Assembly (NCBI GenBank): GCA_021432655.1
Contig: MU271406.1
Location: forward strand, 1-64,000
Direction of reading: 5' to 3'
DNA: 64,000 bases
Source of the DNA: Atractiella rhizophila
Taxonomy: Eukaryota
Part shown: piece after piece, positions 37,573 to 50,760 of the stretch
Position numbering within the stretch: position 1 is the first letter of the stretch
How the letters are laid out: each line of letters starts with the position of its first letter
Notes under the pieces: model-generated
The model's input: the letters and a program-made list of their open reading frames with translations, nothing else
Told to the model about the DNA's origin: nothing
The model's database searches: none
Translations under genes and position numbers: made by a program

Positions 37573-38382
37573 TTCGTCTTATTCTCTTTTGATCGCCGGA
37601 TCTTGTTGTGCCTGATGGTTGGTTGTTGGCTGCTTGATGGATCGATGAGAGACATAATGCTCGCTTTTATAGAATCAGAGACCGATGTCTGCTCCACTTC
37701 AAGGTTCAGAATGGAGGGAATGGAGCTACGCTTGAATTCTGTGGTGAAAACGATGGAGCAGATGGTACAACCGCGAAGTTGGAGAGGAGAGGTGGAGTGG
37801 TGGTGGAAATTTGTGGTCGCGGTGGTACTTCGAGTCCTGGTGAGTGCCGTGCTGCGTCCTTTTCTGTTGCTATTGGCCATATCTCCATGAATCTTTCTGT
37901 AACATTCAAGATGTTCTCCCATGGGTCGTCTTCGAGTTTCTCCATGCCGCATGCCGATCAACTGGTTTTTCTGAACATTACGAAGTAAACCATTTCCTTC
38001 TAGCCCAAACAGTGCAATTCAAAGATACCCTTTCACTTATATTCGCTAACACTTTCGATACACATTTGGCTACAAAGGAAGAGATCAAAGACAGAGGGAA
38101 AGACTAGCTAGAAAGAGATAACTTTAAGAGAGGGAGAGACTTCTTCTAAGCTTGAGACACTTTGGAGTCGACAAATCCGTGGACACTAAAACATGAAAGC
38201 ATAGCACCTGACAATCCAAAATTTGTTGATGAAAGAGAGGGTCCGTACTCATTGTAGACGAAGAGAGGAAACAGAGAAGACCCAAAATCCGCACACGAAG
38301 GATTAGCTAATTACTTTTATCACTGAACACTGACTATTGATCACCTTGTCACCCATTGAAGAGGCCTTTAAGATTTAATTGT

Positions 38383-39935
38383 CTACCTTGATTTCTGTGC
38401 AGACGCCGCGTTTTGAGCTTCGATGGCGCTGGCGAGTCGTGACACTGATTCTTCCAATTTCATGACCCTCGTATCAAGATGTTGGATGTCCTATCCATCA
38501 ACAATACCGTTTAGCATCTGAACAAATAGACGGACAAGGGGGATGAGGAGGGACAAACCTTCGTAAATCCCGACTGCAACTCCTCCACCCTCTTCTCCAC
38601 GCCTTCCATCCATTCCTTCTTCTCCGCCTCAAACACCTCCCAAACCGTGCTCATCACATTCATCCACCTCTGTTTCGACGGCGAAGCCGCCAAATGAGGT
38701 TGAGATTGAGGGTTCATCTGCATGCCAGCCATGCCCGCCGCACCTGGCATCTGGATACCAGACATCGCAGTGGGATAGGTGACGGGAAACTGGAGCGGTT
38801 GTGGAGCCGCCGCATGTGGGTGGGGTACGAGTACGCCGGGGACTTTTGGAGGCGTGAGCTGGACGGAGGGGACGACCATGCGTCCCGCGCTCCCCGTCCT
38901 GTTTGTCGCACTCGCACCGGTTGCATTGATATTGGAATTCGTGTTGGTGGATGAAGAAGGATTCGGCGCGCCGAGCACCGTTTTAGAGATGGCTCCTCCG
39001 TGTAGCATGAGGCTGGGGGTGTTTGGTGGATAGGGGTTGAATATGCCGGTTTGAAGAGGTTGGGCTGGGTTGTTGGTTATGGGTCCGGCGAGTGGAGGAC
39101 GAGGAATGGAAGAGATGTCGTGCGTCAATCTAGTCGGCGGTGCGGATTGAGGATAGTTCGACATAGAAGGATGGGCGGCGTGTGAGCCTTGGATTGTGAG
39201 GTGTTGAGGACGATGTTTGCGCTTTCCTCCTCCTGCAGATGCTCCTCCAGGAGGTTTGGAAACCGTCGGTACGTCCTCCCTCGACTTCTGCCTCCTCGTC
39301 TCGATCAGCGCCTGCTGCTGGGCCTTCAAGTCTAGGCTCTTTTGGTACTGAGAGGAGTACTGTTCGTTTTGGAGCAGGGAGTGGTCGAATCCCATCATGA
39401 TGGGAGAGATGGGTGGAGGGCCAGCGCTGGGGATGGGACGGGGTGCGAATGCTGCCGTAGGGAGGGACGGTGCTGCGATGGGAGCGGAAGGGTCAGATGT
39501 GCGACTGTTGATACGACGCTTCTTTCTCGCTCCCCCTTCTTCTTCCTGATCTGATAGGCGTTTGTGAGGACTTGTGGATGGAGCTGTCGTTGGTGGTTCC
39601 TGCGGAGGGAGAGAAGCTCGAGGTTCGTCTTTGACCGCTGAAACATGCGAAAGGCTATTTCAAACCACATCAGCTTTTCTTCCCCTTCCTCGAGAAGAAA
39701 GAATGAACCTGGAAGGGGACACGGTCTTCCTTCCACCTGAAACTCGAGCTGGAGACGCCGCGACCGTTTCAGAAATTGGAATTGGAGCTGGAATGTGCGG
39801 CAGCTGGGGATGGGCAGGGTTGTTGAGCGTCATGAGTATTCTCGCTGGTGCGATGGTGGAGGAATCCCTGAGCCTGTGGTTCTGAGCATCCTGCGTCTCC
39901 AAGACTTGGTTGGCAGTTTCCACTTGAGTCGTCAT
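38383..39935 (-). CDS. Hypothetical disordered protein with C-terminal coiled coil
   Basis: Consecutive minus-strand ORFs joined by GT-AG introns. Pro/Ser-rich body, KRKHRPQHLTI motif, helical C-terminus. Confidence 0.6.
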
Positions 39936-40434
39936 GATCTTTCGATCAGAGTTGTTGATTTGGGATATCAGCTGATATCAAGAACGGCAACACAAAGGGA
40001 ATAAAAGGGGAGAAAAAAAGAGTGATTTAGGGAGAAAGTAGAAGGAAGGGAGTAGATATAACTCCCATCGGTGGGACTGTGCATCCGTTGAGTAGAAACG
40101 GAATCGTTCCAAAGTCACACGTCTCAAACGCGACAGAGCAAGAACAACCGCAACCAGTCCCAGACGACACAGGCCCACTCCGCGTTTCATCTGCTCCCGC
40201 GCCGCGAAACCCAAAAATCCTGGGTCGTGAAAGGGGGATACCAGGCATTTCCGAGTTTCCGACCCTGGATTTTGTTTTCATTCTGGTCGATGAACCTTGT
40301 TCGCCACCAGATCGACAACCACTGTTGCAAGAACCCGACCATCAAGCAAGCGAAACAAGAGCTCTTATACAACTCCAAGAGTGTCTCCATCATAGTAATC
40401 CCTTGGTCTCTTGTTTATCGTTTCATCATTCATC

Positions 40435-40960
40435 ATGGTGTGTGCTAAATGTGAAAAGGTCTTTCTCATCTTCTCAACTCATGCTTGCACACCGCTGATG
40501 TGAGCGCACAGAAACTCGCCAAAGCTCCCGGGTCCACGCTCGCATGCACAGACGTCTGGACAGCAGGGTCGTCATCCTCTCGGAAGCTGAACGAAAACAA
40601 GCTGCTGTCCTCACGAGCGAAATACGCCGCCTTCATCCCCTCCCAGAATCGAGCCTCCTCATCATCGTCATCAGGGATAGGTCCGTCGCGCACAGAGAAG
40701 GGGAAGGGGCGTGCTGCTATCAGTGGGAGTATGGCTGGGTCGGTTGTTGCTCTGGGGAAGTGCGAGAAGTGTAAAAGTACAGTGGCGAAGGCTGGGGCTA
40801 AGTTCTGTCAAGGTGCGTCATTTCTTTCTTCTCAACTATGGTGTGCAACTAGGAGTTGAAATTTGGTGGATGCGTAGGGTGCGCATATAAGGGCGGTGTT
40901 TGTGCCATGTGCGGGAAGCAGGTGCTGGATACAACGATGTATAAGCAGACTTCGAAGTAG
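40435..40960 (+). CDS. CRIPT: CRIPT (cysteine-rich PDZ-binding protein) homolog
   Basis: MVCAKCEKKL...LACTDVW...RKLNENKLLS...CEKCKSTV...FCQGCAYKGGVCAMCGKQVLDTTMYKQTSK. Two introns. Confidence 0.92.
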
Positions 40961-41726
40961 CTGACTACTTCGAAGAAGGCGAATCCTGTTGCATTTGTTG
41001 TATTATTGCTTGTTCTCAGTAACTATCCTTCGATTTACTTGTATCATGCGTGACATTATTGCCTCATATCAGGCTTGCTGGCAGACTAGTTCATGCGTTT
41101 TATTTCAACGCCATTTGTTCATTGATGGAAGTGTCTACTCGTTCTCCAGGCTTCATGACTCTGAGGAAATATCCACAATTCTCGCAGACTGGAAGAAAGG
41201 CCTGGCAAGCAGAGTTTGTGCAAGGCTGCAGGTCTGCAAGACATATGTATCATCCTCGCAATTCAGGTTCACGTCATTGAGCGTTTTCTTGAACCCTATT
41301 TTGGCTTAGTTACCCTCGGTATGTAGCAGCATCGTGACTGTTTTATTTCTCAAGTCTTAAGTAACGTGCTGGCTGTCACCCACAAAGCCGCTGCACATCC
41401 ACAAGGCGAGAGCACAGACCGAGAGAGCAAGTTAATGAAGGACCCAATGGAGAGGAGCAAACTATCGTGGGACGGGCAAGCAAGCTCTCTGGTATTTCTC
41501 CAGGGTATATTACTGCTCTCGAAGGAGAGTGAGAATAGTGAACATTCCACAAAGAGTAGGAACACCTCAGCAGGTATACTAATAATTCAGAGCAAGAGAG
41601 GCAGGCAGGCGGGGGTTGAATGGGGAGAAATACGAAGATGGATGGACAGAGTGAATGAGAGCAGATAGCCAGAATGATTATTTCGCTTTCATTTCTAATG
41701 AGGTGGTGCACTGTCCGTGAAGAGGT

Positions 41727-42877
41727 TTAAGCCTCGACAAGGAAGAACGAGACGGTATCGGTGACGTCTCCGTAGACGTTGACGAAAGTCTCCAGGTCTC
41801 CAGTTACGTCGAGATCGCCAAAGGACAGGTTGTGGAAGATGGTAGCAGGGACCTCAGCTACAGAAACCATTCGTCAATCTTCTATAGTTGGGGAGGGGTC
41901 CGAAGAGACTTACATCCGTCATCGTTGGTCCAGGTGACAGTGAGTTCACCAGTGGTGCAATCGATGTTCCAGATGGCAGACTCAGCGGGCTGTCCAGTCG
42001 GGTTATCAGTGACAGTCGCTGGAGCAGGAGCGTTCGCGGTAGCAGTGAGGAGTCCGTATCTGTCCCCCCCTTCAATAAACAACTAAATCTTGCACTGGAT
42101 CGAAAACGGCGCACCCGGAGCTTCCAGGACCCCAGTTCGAGCCAGAGAAACCGGAGGTGGAGCCGATGAAGGGCCAGTCGAACCCATCCACGGCCAGGTT
42201 GAAGCCGGTCTTCTCTCCCGAAGGACGGGTGAAGGTGGCAGCTGCGTTGGCGTTGGAGGTGATGGTGAAAGTGGCGTAATCGGCTGTGGAGATTGCGTTC
42301 AGTTGTGGAAGAAAGGAATGGTGGAAGTGAGGAGAGACGCACTGAAGTCTTGGGAGACGTATCCCAGAGTTCCACTGTCGCTCACGACGACAATGTTACC
42401 GGTTTTCCTAATATCCCTTCCAAGTGAGCTTCAAGCAACCTCCGTAAAGGATTTACTGACGGGCAAGTAGGAGTTCCGGAGGGTCCAGGGGTCCTCGCGG
42501 CTGCACGCACGTTGCGCGATCAATCTCAGTTCAAAGCGGTGAAAGGAAATCGCACCCAATTCCTTATGGAAGTTCTTGAGCCTCCTAGGAGCATGCCTCT
42601 TGCTGCCACCGTGGCTGGGAGCGAAACCCCTCTCGAGGAGCTGAGCGTTGGTGAGGGGAGTGGTCTTGGCAAAGGTGGTCTTGGAGACGGTGCCGTCGTG
42701 GATGGCCTTGTTGAGTGCGAAGAGGTTGAACTCCCTGTCGAGGACGGGATGAGAGACTGGCTTTCCTCGAACGAGGTTGCTGTAGGTCGCAAAGTCGGAC
42801 ACTTTGCTGGTGGTGGTCGTGGCAGCAGAAGCGACGGAGGCGAGGAGAGCGACGGAGACGGAAACGAAGGATTTCAT
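41727..42877 (-). CDS. Secreted basidiomycete-type protein of unknown function
   Basis: Signal peptide MKSFVSVSVALLASVASAA, LTNAQLLERGFAP motif, and a beta-rich C-domain with ESAIWNIDCTTGELTVTWTNDDG. Five introns give a continuous frame to TAA. Confidence 0.8.
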
Positions 42878-44327
42878 CTTGGCTTTCTTTTTCTAAGGCA
42901 AAAGGTGTTGCTGACTAGCTGTAAGTTCTATGTGGATAGAGAACGATTGTGGGGTGAAAAGAAAGACTGGTTTCGCTTCGGAAAGGCTCGAAAGGCGAAC
43001 TGATTTTCTTCGACAGCGAAGGGATGAGAGGAGAGGATGAGGTATGGAGACGGACGTCTCTTTTATGAAACTCGGACAAATTTAAGGGCCACTTCATGTA
43101 TCTTGGGCGGAGATGAACCTCGCGGGTGACAAGAACAAGCTTCGGATGGATTGCATATGGCGGTGATGCCTCCACGCGTTTCAACAGCTCTTGAGATTGC
43201 GCTCTTTTGTTTTCGGGATCATGTTGAAGATGATGAACGCGAATTCATTGATATTCATTGATATTCATTGATATGCACACAGAAACCGAAGAGAACACGC
43301 CTTCAGAGAAGAGTATTGCCAAATCTGAATTGGGACCGCAGAAGTCGGAAACCAACAGCACAGAAGCTGACAGGAGATCGTGGCAACCAAGACCTTGGAA
43401 GGAGATTGGATTCATCCGGAACGTTCCTCCCGCACATGGCCCAACGGGTTGTGGGATTGCTGCTGTTCGACGCGGCCGACATAAGAGGACTCGACGCTCG
43501 GCAAGGGTGCCTGGTCGACGGAAGCAGGTTGGCAGAAGCATCAGGAAACAGTGCTGAGCAGAGAAAGATCCATCGTGTTTATCTTGTGCTGCTGACGTTC
43601 CGTTGGCGCATTAGCCAACATTAGAGTTTGAACCTACTTAAGCTGCCACTTTGCGATCAAAGTTCATACAACATAAAGTTTGACGTGTTGTTTGTAGGGC
43701 GACCCATGCTTATCGCCCTGTGCTGCCCCAGTGCGTCAAAGCTCCCTTTCGACGAAAAGGTCACTCCTTCGTTCACCAGAGCTCAGAGTCATTAGAAAGG
43801 GCCAAAAACACGAATCCTGCTCCGGACTCTCTCTCAGTCGCGCCTCCGAACCATTGCACCTTGCTCCGAGTGCAAAATTCAGGGAACTTCGCCCACTTGC
43901 TTCGCTTCGGATTCGTCTTTGGTGAGTGCTTCTCGTTCCACTCGGGTGGTGTGGGTCTGGTGCTCATTCTCGCTTGTGATGCTACTCCTTACCCCTTTTC
44001 GTACTGCGACTGCGATATTTCGACAATCGACCCTGTTTGTCCCCCTGTTACCGCCAACGTGATCGGTCTGCTACGCTTTGCAGCCGAGTTCAATTATCAG
44101 GTCTCCGTCTCTCAGCCCGCCGATTCTGCAGGAAACGCTCGCTACTCGATTCCGATATCGAAACTTGGACTCGAAACCCACAGTCGATTCATTTCACCGC
44201 TCCTTTGTCCCTTTGAAACCCATTACAGCCCATCGGCAACATTCTTCTCTCGAAATCGAGATTCAAAATGTCCATTCCCTATCCAGCTGCCCTCGTCCTC
44301 GGCCCTGGACACTCTTTCCATCCTCAA

Positions 44328-47131
44328 ATGCCTCAATCTCAACCTCTGTCGATGGATGACATCCTGATCTCTTCACCCACCTCTTCATCCTTCTCCACCT
44401 CTCCCTCATCTGCGGGACTCGTCAAGACTCCCACTTCGGCCGGAGGCAACGGTAACTCCACCTTCGCCCTCGCTCAGCAGCAGGGCCCGCCGCAGACCAC
44501 GGAGGGTTATTACTTTGGGAACGAGATGATAAAAGAGGAGAATATCGACAAGGGACTCGGTATCGGAGGTCATCATCACTTCGGTTCGAACGGGGAAGAA
44601 TTCATCTTTTCTCATCCCCCTCATTCGCAACCACCTCCGAGTTCGTTTCCGTCGGTTTCAACGACGGACAAGCGAAACGACTTGACCTACCAGACCAATC
44701 CAGGAAATCCCAATCCCTTCCCAGCGAATGCCAGCCCTCACCCGACTTCCATCCGCCCAGGAAGCAACTTGACCCTCCCACCTTCGGTCCTTCGACACAA
44801 CACCTTTCCAATGAACGGAGACCTTCACCCACCTCTCTCCGCTCCTTCGACCTCGACCACCTTCCCTCCATCTGTCACTGCTCCTCCAGCAGCGCCGAGG
44901 AGGACGGTCAGCAGCTCGAACCTAGCTTCAGCCGTGAAGCAAGAAGGCGAGAATCAGAACCTCCAACCGCCACTCCTGGCTTCCACAGCGAAAGTGGGAA
45001 TGGGCGCAGGAGCGTTCGTGTTCAAGGTGTACAAGTGAGTAATCTCCACCGTATTCAAAAGAGGGTGTTCGTCGGTGTCTCCGTTTTCCCGAAGCGAGAG
45101 TGAGAAGGATGGGAGACATTCATTGGTTCATTGATGGCGAGGAAGATTCGCTCTTGTTGATTTGACAGCTGCTTTGAGTCTGAAGTATCGCTTCTGGAAC
45201 TCGCTTCGCAGATCCCTTTGAAGCAATATTTTGACATGTTTGTCAAAGCCGAAGATGTCAATGGACGAGTTGAACGAAGCGCTAGCTCCTGAAGGGTTTT
45301 ATAGAGCTACGAGTCGGCTAAGGAATATCAGTACAAGATTTGCCTTTATTTCAGCCATCTTTTATTCCGTTTTATTGCACGAATTGCAGCGCCAGAAAGA
45401 AATTTCGACGGCTCTATGACCTTCCATGCTTTCTCTCGTTGCTTCTCGGCCTGGGATCGCCCCGAAATTAGGTTACACACTGATTTTCCTCCGATCGCTT
45501 GTCTTTCGACCCAAAGATGTGGTTCGCTGACCTTTCGTTTGTTTCAGCATGCTCATGGACGATTCGTCCCAGCATCTCATATCTTTCAGTCAAACTGGCA
45601 CCTCCTTCATCGTTAACAACGTCAAGGAATTCAGCAGCGATGTCTTGCCGAAGCATTTTAAGCACAAGTAAGCCAATCTTTTCTCTATTCTTTAGCACGA
45701 CATGCTCACAAGATTACAGTAATTTTTCGAGCTTCGTTCGACAGCTTAATATGTAAGTAGCCGTCCCATTTTCTAGCACGTGATTCATGGAGAATGCGTT
45801 CAGGTACGGATTCCATAAAGTTAACAAGACTCCTCGTGGCCAAAAAGGATCCACCGATAACCAACAATGGGAATTCAATCATCCGAAATTTATCAAAGGT
45901 CGAGCAGATCTACTGGACAGCATTCGTCGAAAAGCATTGGAGCAGGAGCCTCCCCGAGCAAGATCATCATATCCCAGTCCGGCAGCGTCATACCAAGCGT
46001 TAAGACCTGTGCCAATCTCGGTTCAGGTGGCATCAGCACAGGAAGCTCATATCCTCGCTGCCCAGCAGCAACATGCGATTCAACAGCAACAGCAAGCCCA
46101 CATCCAGGCTCAATACCATCAACAGGTGGCTGCCCAACAGGCGGCCCTCAGAGCTCAACAGCAGGCTCAAGTCCAGGCTTCGTTGGCTTCTTTGCCCTCT
46201 CCCCCATTCGAATCCATTCCCGGCCAACCGGCAGATGTGATGGAGCGCTTGAACTCGTTCAGGCATGGCTATGAGGTTATGCATCGAGAGATGATTGAGA
46301 TGAGAAGGAAGCAAGATATTCTAGTCGAGCTTTGTGGACACCTCTACAAGTCGTTGGAACAAGTAAACGGCAGTCCTTGTGAGTTGTTTTCCTTCGTGCC
46401 GAGCTAACGTTGACATTGAATCGATTGGTTTAGTGCCTTTCACATTTCCCTCGCTTCTGCTACAACACGGCATTGGTTACCCAGCGAGTACAAGCAGCGC
46501 TTCCGCTCCCAACATTTTCGTGACTGCCCATGATACCCACGGACAACCGACCTCAAGTCCGTCAGTCCCACAAACGACTTATTATCCCGCCGTGGCACCA
46601 GCACAACCGTTCCCCGGAACCCAGCAGCCAACACGATCCAACAGTGGAGATTCCCATCTGTCGTCCTCTCAGTCGAGCGACAACACCCTCTCGCATTCCC
46701 AGTCGCCTGAATCTGTCGCTTTGACGCAGCAGGCTCGCGCGCTCGCGATCGACCCCGCTGTTTCTTCGTCTCATCTGCATCCTGGTCACGTTCAATCTCC
46801 CGGGAACCCAGAATCAGGCTTTCAGCTGGCGATGACTACTCCCCTGCCCCCGTCCCCAAACCCACCTCAACCTGGAGCTCTAAATGGAGATGTGCAAGGC
46901 GGCATACTCGGAAGTGGCGTTCAAAATGATGAGCCGATGTCCTACAGCTACAACCCGACAGATGCGATGGGATTTGGGGAGTCCATGTTCAAGTTCGAAA
47001 ACGCTTTCGATCCCAACCTTTCGGTCACAACAGGTCCGCCAACCATGGGCTTGCACATGTTCAATTATTTCGGTAGCGAGAACGAGGAGGGGCAAAAGAC
47101 GACGGCGGTTTCAGTCAATGTTGGCGCTTAA
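44328..47131 (+). CDS. HSF-type DNA-binding transcription factor (start uncertain; 44268 also possible)
   Basis: Spliced DBD GAFVFKVYNML...GTSFIV...[37 protein letters not shown]...WEFNHPKFIKGRADLLDSIRRK, followed by a Gln-rich region and a coiled coil. Confidence 0.92.
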
Positions 47132-47446
47132 TCTTGGATTATTAGAAGAATTTACAGCGGTTAATAGGATTTGTTGTTTCTCCGTTCTTGCTCTCGCCTT
47201 TTTTCTACCATTTCTGAGTTGTATCAGGAATCTTGGACTTTCTTCAGTCTCGTTGTCAATGATTTATTGGTTATTGGCTTTCTCATCTTAAAAGTGGATT
47301 ACATTCTGCAGCAGATTCGTTCCATTCTTGCTGTTATTAGTTTTAGTCCTTTGTCCTTTTAGTCATAGTTAGTTCAAAGCGGTCCTGTAGCCTATCCTCG
47401 TCCAACTCGTCCAAAAGCATTTCGCTCCTTACATCACGCTCTTTCA

Positions 47447-47467
47447 CTCTCTCTCTCTCTCTCTCTC
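47447..47467. repeat. (CT)n microsatellite
   Basis: About 10 CT units. Confidence 0.9.
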
Positions 47468-47859
47468 AACTCCTCTTAGTTAATTTCCTTTTGCATGCAG
47501 GATTTAGGAATATCGCTGCTTTGATCGTAGAAGTTTTGAAGGATATCTTCTTTCGTACTTTCCTCGTGGACTTTCGATTTTTGAGGATCACATTTACTTG
47601 TCTCGATCATTTTGATCAAAACTGCGTCGTTATTCTACCTCCTTGTCGATAATCAATACAACGCTTCTGCGCACAACACTGAGCCATGACTGCGAGCGTA
47701 GGGCCGTAAGTAAATGTGCTACAACTTTGCATGGCACGGACAAGGCTTTGAACGTGCAGACCCGATTAAAACAATTGCGACTCATCAGTCGAATGAACCA
47801 ATTGGAGATATAGGTCCCTGAGACGCAGGAAGAGTGAGTAAGCGGCATAGCAATCAAAA

Positions 47860-49105
47860 TCACGACAGGAGCAGATTGCTTACCTCCCATCCCTCTTGCA
47901 TACAACTCTTCACTACTCTCCGTCCAGCTTCCGCCTCAACTCGGAAAGAAAACATCTGCCCTCCAGATCTTGTTCCTGTCAGGACGTTTGTCCAAGATAA
48001 CGGAAGTGTTTGTCCCCATTCGCAAGTCTTAAGCATTGGTAACTTGTCTGCGAGCTTCACTGTAATGTCAAATCGATGTTGAAACCGACCGCGAAGCCAT
48101 TCTACTGAACGCTCCTCCGGAGGAGTGGGGTCATGGTGCAGAAAGTGGTAAGCAAGATGAAGGCTTTGGAGGCTTTGAAGTTGAGAGAGGGCGATGACAT
48201 ACTCGTCCTGTTTTCATCCCAGAGTCAGATGCCCGAGATGTCCTCATCACTTAAACATGCGCGCACCTTCCAAACGGGTTGCACTTTTCCCTGATCAAAA
48301 ACCTCATAGTTACTAGTAAGCTCTAGCCTGCTTAAGTTGGGGAATTTGGGGAGCAGCTCCGTCAAATTGTCCACGCCATTCTTGAAGTTAACTACTCTCA
48401 AACACACGAGATGATCAGATCGAAATCCTGCCAGTGGTTGCATAGCATCGCATCCTGTGGAAGGAGTGGTGAGCTGAAGTCTAAGCCTTTTGAGTGTTGT
48501 GAACGTATTGGCCACGACTAAACTGACTACGTCGTAAACCAACTTTCTCGTTTCCGAAAGGTGTCTCCATTCCAGGTCCAAGTCGGATAGGTATTTGGGA
48601 AAGATGGTTGGTTGGTTGGGCATGCAGCTGGAGCGTTCATGTCGACCTGCCAGAGCAAGTGTGCGCAGGAAAGGTAGCGTGGACACGCAAGAAAGCAGCA
48701 CTGGGACATCTTGAACGCAGATACTGGCTACTCTGAGCGTTACAAGGTTGATGGTGAGAGGGACAACCTCGAGCAGGATTTTAAGCTCCCACTCAGACCA
48801 GGCTCTCGAATAAAGGTTCCTGCACAGTTGTATCAATCCAGTCTTCGCCCAATTAACACTCTGTACACAACGCACCGAATGGTGGATGAAAGAGAATTAC
48901 TTGTCCGAAGAATATTCAACCTCTCTTGTGCAGCTTGTACACTTGAAAATGAGCAAGGAAGCACTGATAAGGGACGGTTGAAGACGTGAGCAAATGTCAA
49001 GTCTCGGGCTCGACGCGAACACGTAGAGAAGTTGATGACGTCTTCAACGTCGCAAAACTCTATAATAGATATCGTAACTTCTAGTGGAAGGGATAGAAGT
49101 TCCAT
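47860..49105 (-). CDS. F-box/LRR-like protein, tandem paralog A (3' end may splice further)
   Basis: MELLSLPLEVTISIIEFCDVEDVINFSTCSRRARDL (F-box pattern), then LRR-like LxxLxL repeats (FPNLSRLEL, LQSLQSLHL). Confidence 0.75.
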
Positions 49106-49508
49106 GTTATATGACCTCGTTGAGAAGAGCATTGATGTAAGGAGAACCCGCACTGCTTTATGCCCCTATAGGTGTACCGCCGAGGTCTCTAACAGCCTGT
49201 AGGGATATGAGCTGTTGTTCGCGTAAGCCGAGTAGAACGAAATACCAAGGAACCCGAATATTCCGCGCGAGGAGGATTGTGGCGTAGACTTGTCAGTTGG
49301 ATCCTCGTTGCTCTTATATAGCGCTTCTGCGAACAACAGGATGCTAAGAGATCGATAGGCAGAACAAATTTATTGGACTGTAGGCAATGCAAAGCAAATA
49401 GTCCGTGATATCAATCGAATGAACCGAAGGACGTTATAGGCTCCTATAATGTGGGAAAAAGAGCGAAACTTCAATTCAGAGGAACTATTGAAGCAAACAA
49501 GTAGAAAT

Positions 49509-50760
49509 TCATACCTCCCATCCCTCTTCCATGCAGCTCTTCACTACCCTCTGTCCATCTTCTGCCTCAATCCGGAAAGAAAATATCTGCCCTCCTGATC
49601 TCGCCCCCGTAAGCATGTTTGTCCAAGATAGCGGAAGGCTTTGGTCCCATTCGCAAGTTTTGAGCATGGGTAGATTGTCTGAGAGCTTTCCTGTGATGGT
49701 GAATCGATGTTGGAAATGGTCACGAAGCCATTCTGTCGAATGCCCCTCTGTAGGGCCGCGGTCATGGAGCAGGAAGCGATAAGCCAGGTGGAGATGTTGG
49801 AGCTTTTGAAGTCGGAAGAGGGCCATGACATACTCGTCCTGGTTTCGCGCTCAGTCAATCACCTCGTGAAATTGCGCATACACGCACCTTCCAAATTGGT
49901 TCTGCATCCCCCGGGTCGAGAATTTCGTAATTGCTCGTCAACTCTAGACTGTGCAAGTTGGGAAATCTAGGAAGCAGCTCCGTCAAATTATCCATGCCAT
50001 TTTTGAAATTAACAATCCTCAAATGTTGGAGGATATCAGATCGAAAGGTTGCAAGAGGTCGCTTGGTATCACAACCCGTCGAAGGTGTCGTAAGTTGAAG
50101 TCTGACCCTTTCAAGTGTTCGGAATGTGCTGGCCATGGTCAGAATGACGACGTAGTAGACCCAGTCTCTTGTTTCCAATAGCTGCCTCCATTCCATGTCT
50201 AGGTCACAAAGACTTGTGGGGAAATCAATTGTTCTGGTATCAGCCATAGAGAGGAAGCTTTCAGGTCGGCTGGTCTGAGCAAGTGGGAGATGTCGACCAG
50301 TCAGAGCAAGTGCGCGCAATAAAGGTAGCTTAGATGCGCAGGAAAGCAGCAAAGGCACATCTCCAATATAGACGCTGGCTACTTTGAGCGATACGAGGTT
50401 GATAGTAAGAGCGACGACATCGAGCAGCACTTTGAACTCCCACTCGGACCATGCTCTAGAATAAAGGTTCCTGTAAGCTCGATGTTAAAACCTTCTCAGT
50501 TCAAGGTAACCCCACTCAGGCTCCTGAGCCAACACGCACCGAATCGTTGATGAAAGAGAATCAGATATGCGAAGAGTGTTCAATTTTCCCCGCGCTGCTT
50601 CGACAGCGCCAGGAAGAAACACTAAGGGACGGTTGAAGATGTAAACAAAAGTGAGGTCTCGAACTCGACGTGAGCACATGGAAAAACTGATCGCATCTTG
50701 AAGGTCGCATTCTTCTACGATTACCATCAATACTTCAGGCGGAAGGGACAGGAGTTCCAT
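49509..50760 (-). CDS. F-box/LRR-like protein, tandem paralog B
   Basis: MELLSLPPEVLMVIVEECDLQDAISFSMCSRRVRDL. Same exon layout as paralog A and clearly homologous to it. Confidence 0.75.

Noticed and set aside
40958..41053. Possible stop-codon readthrough extension of CRIPT (TAG CTG)
   Set aside because: Not the TGA-CTA context and no PTS1 or other signal. No readthrough PTS1 was seen at the other stops I checked.
43720..44367. 215-aa ORF upstream of the HSF gene
   Set aside because: Non-ATG start and UTR-like composition, with a strong donor (GTGAGT ~43922); more likely 5' leader and intron.
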